DNA from: the human T2T-CHM13v2.0 reference genome, Homo sapiens
Reading direction: 5' to 3' (one strand)
Length of the DNA: 64,000 bases
Assembly (NCBI RefSeq): GCF_009914755.1
Contig: NC_060928.1
The notes beneath the pieces were generated by a model. It did not search any database. It saw only the letters and a list, made by a program, of their open reading frames with translations, and was not told where the DNA came from. The position numbers and the translations under genes were made by a program. Positions 54,917-64,000 of this stretch are shown here, in pieces. How positions within the stretch are numbered: the stretch's first letter is position 1; every line of letters starts with the position of its first letter.

Positions 54917-55779
54917 CTAAAAAACCTGTGTTTTATATGTTAAGAAGAGGGTAAGATAATCTGGTGTGAATGAGTAAAATGGGATTTGAAAAAGGAGTCT
55001 GAGGAATTGTAAATGTAAATAGTAAATAGTAAAGCTTGTTGTGGTAAAGGCAAAAGTAGCAGCTTAAGGACACACAAAAGGACTGCTGATCAGCCCCAAA
55101 GGCTTGACCAAAGCCGAAAGCAATATTTCTTTTTGGTGCCAGATTCCATGGCTATATGATTCTCTTCACAGAATGTAGGTGCAAAAGTGGAGCACAGAAA
55201 TGGTAAGATTGATCCAGTGTTTTTTTTTCCTTTATTGTCAAGGACAATAGTCCTTGACAAGAGAACATTTGAAGTGATAGACCATGAGACTTGGGCCAGA
55301 CAGAAGAGAAATGGGAGGAAGAAAATGAGGGTTTCTTTGAGGGTGACTTTAGGTGGCAATGGCAGTAGGGAGTGGGGAATCCATAAAGAGAAAGAGTTGT
55401 GACTGGGAGAGTTGGATGTGATATTTTAGATTTAAGAGATGGAACACTTTCAGTTGAAAGGAGACATTTAAAACAGTCAAAAGCAACTTGCAAAACAAAA
55501 TTGTTTTCATAAAGGGAAACACATATCTGGGCGTTCCATTGCTGAAAACTAGAGATTGGAAACACACCAGCTGTGGTAGGCACACACCCTTCTAGGGTTA
55601 GAGAGATTGAGCTCCACGTGGGTGATGGAGCTGGAATGAAGCTCTGTCACTCCAAAACTGCTGACGCTGGTCTTAAACTCGTTTTTACTTTCAAACTCAA
55701 GTGATTATATGACTTTTTTTTAACCTCTTATTTTTCATTATCATACTGCCATATAGCTTAGCATATTAAATGGTAAGCA

Positions 55780-56050
55780 CTGTGGTCTCCCTCCCATTAG
55801 GCTGTGATCTCATCTGTGGCACAGACTACATCTTATTTATTTTGTACCCCCAGTGCTTAGCAGCGTCTGGTACTTATATCAGTAATGTTTATTACCTCAC
55901 ATGGGAATGGATAATCACAGAAGACTTCCAGAACAAAGTATATTTTGAGCAACTGATTATCCTTTTCTATCACTGTTTTCCATATCTAACTTTCTCCGCA
56001 AAGAGCAGCATGATGCATGGTAGGTGCATAATAAATATCTGCAGTTATTT
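55780..56050 (+). mobile_element. L2 3'-end fragments
   Basis: CTCCCATTAGGCTGTGATCTC...GTACCCCCAGTGCTTAGCA...; GGTAGGTGCATAATAAATAT. Confidence 0.6.
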
Positions 56051-58264
56051 GATTATAAAATAGCCTCCTTCTTTAATTGTATAATTTTGGGCTTTGCTTT
56101 GTTGCTATTTATGTGAACCTGCACCAGAGGAACTATATTTACACAGATTTGTCAGTTTTTCTAAGCTCTGACAAAAAGTGTGTTTTATTTCCTGAAAATA
56201 AGCCTTTGAAATATTACTATGCACCTTGTTGAAGGTACTTACTGCACAACTCAGATGATGATAGAATGATTTTAATGGAAATCAAGTAGCTCTATACATT
56301 GCATGGATCCTGGTAGAGATCTAAAATGCTTCCAGACATTTAGATGTTTACTGAGAATGCTTCTGAAAACATTGTACCTCAAAGGCCGTGTCTACCTAAC
56401 AAAGGTGGAAGGTTAAACCCCTAGCTTATTTTTATCCTTTTTTCTTTTAAATCTTGACTGATTCTGTATCAATCAAAATCAGTGGATAACTACTCACACA
56501 GCTCAATTGTGGTTTGGGTAAATCAAGTCTGAGGGGGTCATTTGACTTACGCAAAATGGAAAAAAAAAGCTGCCATTTTTAAAAACGTGAAGAAGTCATT
56601 TTAATTACACAAACATTTTTGTGTACTGGAAATTGGAATGACTAGTTTCTTTCAGGTGCACAAGCAGATGTCAGAGCTTGCTAGAATATTTAGCTAGCAC
56701 ATGCGCCATAATTCTCAAGGTTCTCTGTTCTATTTTCAACAGTGCCCTTCTTGTGTTCGACCAAAGTGGCCCCCTTTACTTTTAATATCTACTGAGAGCT
56801 TATAATTTATCAATTTATCATGTCATATCAATCATATATTATATCAATCTATCTATCATCTATCTGTCATCTAAAGAAGTTAAAAGTATCTCATCCCTGA
56901 ATGTGTCTTATAAATAGTCATAAAATTTCACTTAACACATAAAAAACCATGAAGATGTAAGCACAAACTAATTAAACTGTGAACCCCAGTGAAAGTATTT
57001 CTATATTCAATGGCCATCACAAATAGGCACATCCTAGGCAGCTGAAATCTCTATTTTGAACACAGCTTTAAAAATTTTAGTGAGGTCAGAGGCCCAATGT
57101 ATTACTATTTTATAGTAATTTCAAGATTTCTCACTCAGGTGGTGAGGCGATGTCATGTGTGACAAACCAAGACAAATAGTTTCTTTGAAGTCTGGGTCAG
57201 AACGGCATGGTTGGTTTTTTGAAAATTTCATAAAATGCTATTTAGATGACTTTAAACTCATAAGCAGTACCAATAAGAAATATTCTCATGGAAAAAATAT
57301 ATAAATCTAGAACACTTTAATTGGTTTTTTTAACCATTGATTTAAGAATCAACATTTACACAGTTGGGTATATTTTTATAAAATGCCACAAAGTTAAATA
57401 ATTATATATCAGTTAATGTTCTCAGTTTCTAAAGCAAGTGAATTGTTCCTTTTTTGAAATTGAAGTCTTTTCAAGAAAGATTAAAATAAGTATGCAATCC
57501 TAACCGGATGTTACTTTAATCCTCCTGAAATATTAGTCAATAAACATTTTTCATGCCTGATTGCTTGTTTTGGTGATAAGACTTTTTCAAAATCTCCTTG
57601 GATCCAAAGGAACAACAAAGGGAACTGGAGGGCGTAAAACCTGTTACTTCACACTTTAACCTAGACATTTGCTTTTACTTTTTTCAGATTTGGTTTGCAA
57701 ACATTTTCTTAACATGTCAGGAAAGCTGAAGTCATCTTATAGCCCTGATTTCTTCCTGAGTGAATTATTTTTGGGTCAATTTTCCCCATATCTGCCTCTG
57801 GACTCTTATTGAACCGAGCCAAGCTTGGAATTCACTTTGGATGTGGATGACCAGAAGTTTCTAATAATCTGCCTCTTCTTTGAGTCTTCTTTTTTTCCCT
57901 ACACCCAAAGTATCTATTGATGGGACTCATGAGACAGTATTTTCTGTCCTCTCTTTTGTTAGATGATTGTACCATTTTAAAAGATCTCACTCCCAAAAAT
58001 AGGCTTTTTTTTTTCTACTTTTCTTCCAATTATAACTCTAATTTTTCTTAATGGATATAGGCTACTGAGACATAAACCAAATATAGTGTCTAGGTGCACA
58101 GTTCCTAAAGGAAGCTGCAGAATCGAAAAGGCTTATCATCTTTGACTGCCCCGCTGTCAGGTGACGAACTGGAGAAAGATGGAGGAGACTAGTTGTTCAA
58201 TTTGTTGGAGAAGTAAGTTAATTAAGTCAAGGTATTTTACCCTCATCACTTCCCTCTGATTAAG

Positions 58265-58400
58265 TGTATCCTTTTCCTTATACAACAAATGAGAAAATTG
58301 AGGTTTGGAGAGAGGAGAGGTTAAACAACCTTACCTGTATTACAAAAGAACTAGCGAAGCAGGGATTTGAACTCAGGTCCATGTCATTTTAAGGCCTGTT
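58265..58400 (-). mobile_element. MIR
   Basis: CAAATGAGAAAATTGAGG...GAGGTTAAACAAC...GGGATTTGAACTCAGGTC. Confidence 0.7.
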
Positions 58401-58854
58401 TGTACTCTTGACTGTTGTGCTACATCAACCTGACCAGCTATTTAGAAACACTTGCAATAAGTCATAAGAAGTACTTTGTTATGGGAACAAGTCAAAGCTC
58501 AAAGGTTGTGTGAATCATGGGTCAGTAGTCCTGGTTGGCACATTACTGTACAATAATGCCCAAAATGACTTCATTGGTCCTAAGAGAAAAGTATTATCTC
58601 CATACCCGACCAGGTGAGTTAAGCTCTGGGAAACAAATTCGTTTAATCAAGGCCCACAGAAGTTGACTTATAAAATGGGATTTCAAATTACTTCTGTAAA
58701 GAGGATTACAAATATAGATTATTTGTGGAAGGTTTTCCCTTCCACTTGATGGATACACTTTGGAGGTCCATTAATCAATTAGAAAGTTTCTATAATCAGA
58801 ACAAAGAAACAATGTTCTTAATGGATTTCCTTTTAAACTGCTGCAACTGAATTA

Positions 58855-59247
58855 TGGTTATGGGCTGAATTGTGTCTCCCCCAAAATTCAAAGGTTGAAG
58901 TCCTACCCCCTGTATCTCAGAATGTGACTCTATTTGCAGATAGGGCCTTTAAAGAGGTAATTAAGGTAAAATGAGGTCATAAGAGTGAGAACCTAATTCA
59001 GTAATACTGGTGTCTTAATAAGACCAGATTAGGAAACAAACATTTGCGCACACAGCGGAAAGACCATGTGAGGACACAGTAAGAAGGAGGCTATCTGCAA
59101 ACCAAGGAAAGAGGCCTCAAAGAGACAACCCTGCCAACACCTTGATCTTGGGCTTCAAGCCTCCAGAACTGGGAGACAGTAAATTTCTGTTGTTTAAGCT
59201 ACTTAGTCTGTGGTGTTTTGTTATTGCAGCCCTAGCAAACTAACACA
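58855..59247 (+). mobile_element. MLT1A/B-like solo LTR
   Basis: TTATGGGCTGAATTGTGTCTCCCCCAAAATTCA...GCAGCCCTAGCAAACTAACACA. Confidence 0.87.
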
Positions 59248-59461
59248 GTGATTAATTTTTCTTTACTGTATAATTATTTCTATTTCAGTAAACAATGTTG
59301 GCCATTGAAAGTCAGAGTTTACGCTCTCTAAACAGTACTGAATATGTACTGAATAATTTTTAATCTCCTTCCTAAACTCCATTACTTACTTGCCTCTTAC
59401 ATTTTCTTCACTAAATAATTAGTTTATTTTTTAGTTACCTTGATTAGATTTGGTAAAAACT

Positions 59462-59765
59462 CTAATGTGAGTCATCATTAAAGCTTCTAGCTAGCCACAT
59501 TAAAAAATAAAAAGGGACAGGTGGAGTTAATATTAATAATATGTGAATATACATTAATATATGTTATGTAGTGTATCCAAAATATAATTATTTTAACCTG
59601 TAGTCAATACAAAATTATTAATGAGAATTTCATATCTTTTTTTATACTAAGTCTTCAAAATCCAGTGTTTATTTTACTCTTAGAGCATATCTCAGTTTGG
59701 ACTGGCTACACTTCAAATACTCAGTAGTCAATGCAGCTAGTGGCTACTGTGCTGGATGTCACAGC
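59462..59765. mobile_element. MER33-like hAT-Charlie element
   Basis: TAGCCACATTAAAAAATAAAAGG...AGTGGCTACTGTGCTGGATGTCACAG. Confidence 0.72.
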
Positions 59766-60066
59766 TTTAGACTTACTGTTGAGGATTTAAGAGACACTTT
59801 CTCCATCATGCAGGAGACATATTTCTCCTGCAGTGTATTTGCAAATCTTTTTTAAGGTGAGTAGTTCTGCAGATGGTTGTTGTATGTTGGTTATTTTAAG
59901 TTTTAATTTCAGAGTGTAATAGGCTCTGACCTAAGAGGATAAACTTCATCTGATTTAGTGCCATCGTAGGTACACATTCCTATTGACAAAGTGCGATAAA
60001 AGAAAGTTCTTACTAAAGTTTCAATCAGGTAATATTTTACTATTGAGGCTTACTGATAATGTTCCA

Positions 60067-60813
60067 TTTTCTTTTTCTTTTTTTAATTATTATTATACTT
60101 TAAGTTTTAGGGTACATGTGCACAACATGCAGGTTTGTTACATATGTATACCTGTGCCATGTTGGTGTGCTGCACCCATTAACTCGTCATTTAGCTTTAG
60201 GTATGTCTCCTAATGCTATCACTCCTCACTCCCCCCACCCCACAACAGTCCCCGGTGTGTGGTGTGTGATGTTCCCCTTCCTGTGTCCATGTGTTCTCAT
60301 TGTTCAATTCCCACCTATGAGTTAGAACATGCGGTGTTTGGTTTTTTGTCCTTGCAATAGTTTTCTGAGAATGATGGTTTCCAGTTTCATTCATGTCCCT
60401 ACAAAGGACATGAACTCATCATTTTTTATGGCTGCATAGTATTCCATGGTGTATATGTGCCACATTTTCTTAATCCAGTCAATCGTTGTTGGACATTTAG
60501 GTTGGTTCCAAGTCTTTGCTATTGTGAATAGTGCCACTATAAACATATGTGTGCATGTGCCTTTATAGCAGCATGATTTATAATCCTTTGGGTATATACC
60601 CAGTAATGGGATGGCTGGGTCAAACGGTATTTCTAGTTCTAGATCCCTGAGGAATTGCCACACCAACTTCCACAATGGTTGAACTAGTTTACATTCTCGC
60701 CCACAGTGTAAAAGTGTTCCTATTTCTCCACATCCTCTCCAGCACCTGTTGTTTCCTGACTTTTTAATGATTGCCATTCTAACTGGTGTGAGATGGTATC
60801 TCATTGTGGTTTT
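60067..60813 (-). mobile_element. 5'-truncated young L1PA (~750 bp)
   Basis: 3' UTR and ORF2 C-terminus; TSD TTTTCTTT at 60067-60074 / 60810-60817. Confidence 0.94.
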
Positions 60814-60939
60814 CTTTAATAGATACTTATGAAATTACCTGCCATATGCAAGCTAGTAAGAGGGAGAATATGTGCAAGGCAGTTTCTTTGAAGTTGATTA
60901 TCTGAAATATTGAAAAGTTTTAAATGATTTAAAGGGAAA

Positions 60940-61110
60940 AGCACTACCATTTGTTGGGTTCTTATTATATACCTGACATACGTGCTGTCACTTGTCCTTT
61001 AATAATCCTGCGAGCCTTACACAAATGAGAAGACTGCAGCTCAACGGGTTTGAGTAAATTTCCCAAGATCACACTGTTCGTAATTGTTGAAGTCTCTCAT
61101 CCTAATTTGT
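60940..61110 (-). mobile_element. MIR
   Basis: ACAAATGAGAAGACTGCAGCTCA...AGTAAATTTCCCAAGATCACAC. Confidence 0.65.
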
Positions 61111-61229
61111 CTAATTTTAAAGGATTTTGTGATACAGTTAAATGTTATTCCAGTGCATGCTTGATATTTGAAATGTTTCAAATACATACAAGCAACACGA
61201 AGTACATAGGAATTTAGCAAAAACTTAAG

Positions 61230-61478
61230 TGTAACTCTTAAGAGTGTGGGTTTTGGAGGAGGATGGACTCAAGTTCAAGTTCCAGCTTTTCCACTTACTA
61301 GTTTTTTGACCTTGGGAAAAATTTGCAAACTCCAGAAGCCTGTTTCCTCATTTAGAAAATGAGCATCATAATAGTCTCTATCTCTTAGGGTTGCATAAGG
61401 ACTAAGTGAGCTAATTCAGGAAAAGCACCCTGTGCGAGGCAGACACTCTAATGACTTGCCAAACGTTAGCTACTTGTT
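61230..61478 (+). mobile_element. MIR
   Basis: CCACTTACTAG...GACCTTGGGAAA...GCCTGTTTCCTCATTTAGAAAATG. Confidence 0.75.
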
Positions 61479-62818
61479 CTTTTTTTTATCACAGGCAGTG
61501 ACAGGCCTGGTACATATTAACTATTTCAATTTACAGGAATTTTCTTGACTACCCAATATAGCAGAATAATTTTTTATACATTAAATATGATTAACCAGAG
61601 AAGCCAGAAGTACTTTTCTGTAATTAACTATACAAACTGTATTAGAGAATCAGAACGGTTTTCAGAAGTAGATCTGATATTCACCAACAGCTAGAGGAGA
61701 GGACAGCACTGATGTCTTTTCTACCTACAAACTAATAGCTTTATCCTTTAAAGGTGGTGACCTTGATTTCTTTCTGAAAGATATCTGACTTCTAGCCAAC
61801 ACTGCTTTAGGATCTGACCTACCACCTGACCCATTTAAAATGAGATAGAAGAATAAGTTGTTCAGAAGTCACACCTAAGCCATTCAAAGTTCTTTTCGTG
61901 CTTTTGCTATGGCTAAAGATTGTATTAAGATACTGGCAACAAAAACAACGAAATGAAAATGAAACAATGAACAGAATAAAAATCGAGAAAGAAAGTTCTA
62001 AAAAAGAGCTTCCGCCCAGGGATCAAGTGCTTCCATTGGTCAGTTAGTCTTAACCTTTCTGATAATTATATTACGTGCAACAACAAAGACACAAAAGGGG
62101 ATAAATGTCTTAAGAGTTATATTGATAAACTATGTGTGGTGCCCAAAAATGGCATGGAATATCTTGTTTAAGCTGTAAAAATATATTAGCATGTCATGTT
62201 ATCTTCATAAATTCTTCTCACACATAGGGTGGGTGGAGTTCCCAAATCCCAAGACACATTACCAATTCGGCTGGTCACGGCAATTCATCAATTTTTTTGT
62301 CACATATTCGCAGACTCACAGTTGGGACTGAGGTATTATGATTCTGGAGGGTTTGATAATAGGTGAATTATTAGCTGTTGGGGACAGATTTGTTTCTGAG
62401 CCTTTCTGTGGCAGTCTCTTATATAGGAAGGTAATCATTCTCATGGAATTTGCTTCCTCAGACTTAAAGAGATTTCGAATATAACTTGTAATGTTTTTCC
62501 CAGTAAAATTTCATTAGTGGTTAATTATGACTGGTAGAGCTTTCCGGAAGTTCACCAAGAGTGTTGAGTTTAAACATGTCAAATTTTAAATGGGAGAGCC
62601 CTCTGTATTCTTTGTCACCATGCTTACATACATTCTGCTATTTCTTTTTAGAAAGCAAAAATACCTGTAAAATTTATTTTTTCTTAGGCTGGACACAATT
62701 TTACCTTTTGTTTTCTGAGCATTTATTTGGCACTCTCTGATTTTGGGTAAGAAAAAATTTATTCCAAGGGATATATATAAAAAATATATAAATTTATACA
62801 AATATAAATATTTGTATA

Positions 62819-62884
62819 TATTATACATTTATATATTAAATATTATACATTTATATATTAAATATTATACATTTATATATTAAA
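62819..62884. repeat. AT-rich 22-bp tandem repeat, 3 copies
   Basis: TATTATACATTTATATATTAAA at 62819, 62841 and 62863, all identical. Confidence 0.95.
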
Positions 62885-62974
62885 ATTTTCTTTGTGATTT
62901 CTTATTTGACTTGGGTTTCTTAGAAGTTTGTTGCTTAACTTGCACGCATTTGAAGATTTTATACCTATCTTAAA

Positions 62975-63115
62975 TTTTTTTTTAAATTATTTATTTATTT
63001 TAGAGAAGTCTTGGTGTGTTGCCTGGGCTGAACTCAAACTTGTGGGCTGAAGCGATCCTCCCACCCCAGCCTCTCAAGTAGCTGGGGCTACTGGCAAGAG
63101 CTACCACACCTGGCC
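62975..63115 (-). mobile_element. FLAM (Alu monomer)
   Basis: Single arm of ~130 bp with an A-rich tail. Confidence 0.8.
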
Positions 63116-64000
63116 AGCCAAGGAATATTTAAACAGCATCTAACTTTGATAAATATGCAAGAAGTTAAATGCTTTTTATGGCTGTTACAAATCAGGCCAG
63201 GCAAAACCAAAGGTGTGCTCAAGTCTGGTCATCTTATCTAGAAGCTTCTGAAAGAAGCCAGGTCATATCAAAGGCAGATAAAACAATAAATTTCTCTTCC
63301 AAAAGTGCACATTTATGGGAAACAGAAAGAAGAGGAAACACAAAAGAACGCAATAAACTCAATATATTTTTTCTCAGTATGTTTCAAGTGTCTATTTTAG
63401 AAAGTTATCTTCCTATTTAGATACCAACTTTATTTCACACATTGTCATCAACTTCAAAATTATCTTGATAATTAACATTTTATAAATTGCTTGTATATTT
63501 TTCAGTGAGGTGGGGGAGGATATGCAAATAAAAGAGGTTTTCCAAAAAGTCAATACAATATATAGTTACGTTGGAATAATTGAACCTACCTGGGAATATA
63601 ATGTTGTCAGACTTCTGTGCTGCTTTACTGCAGACTAGGTTTATCTGAAAACTGCAGCTAAAATTTCCTGACTGGAGGATAAAAAAGGAGAAAGGACAAA
63701 ATTTAAAGTTGGAGAAATGGTCACCTTGGCCATGGAACTCTGGCAGTTACATCTACTGCAAACGGTCCAAAATACTAGAGTCAACTTCAAACCTTGTTAA
63801 AGAGTTTTACATGGGTGAGAGGTATCTCTGTTTCGATAAAGAATTACATGGCTGAATGATCTGGAATAAGGTAATGGCCTAAATGGTATTTGGTTATATG
63901 CAGTCAAGGATTTGTAATTGAAATGAGGTATGAGTAAGAGATGATTTCTGTTAAGTTATTTCAAGCTCTTCTGTCAGCCCTATCCCATGCCATCTTAGAG

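Noticed and set aside
63650-63730. Possible hAT-Blackjack (MER94-like) terminus AAATGGTCACC
   Set aside because: Only one short motif, with no partner terminus found

Overview
Primate (almost certainly human) gene-poor, repeat-dense genomic DNA with no intact spliced protein-coding gene. The first ~32 kb is a stack of nested retrotranspositions, nearly all on the minus strand. An L1PA6-like element sits inside a near-full-length L1PA7-like element, and inside it lies a processed MORF4L1 (MRG15) copy whose surviving 235-aa ORF matches MORF4 as I recall it. Further along are a twin-primed inverted L1PA and a RAN processed pseudogene, inserted at the tail of an AluJ and later hit by an AluS. MORF4 plus a nearby RAN pseudogene points to human 4q34.1, near HAND2/HAND2-AS1 (from memory, not verifiable here). 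The second half holds older repeats (L2, MIR, MLT1, LTR16, MER), Alus, a complete THE1D-like provirus and several repeat-free blocks that may be enhancers. I found no convincing wholly new biological system. The best second-look items are the MORF4-in-L1 promoter architecture, an in-frame RT-less ORF2 fusion, an extended L1 ORF0, templated-insertion scars, shared unusual variants between neighbouring L1s, and a dense homeodomain/TALE motif cluster. Repeat subfamily names and the boundaries of old repeats are by-eye estimates.
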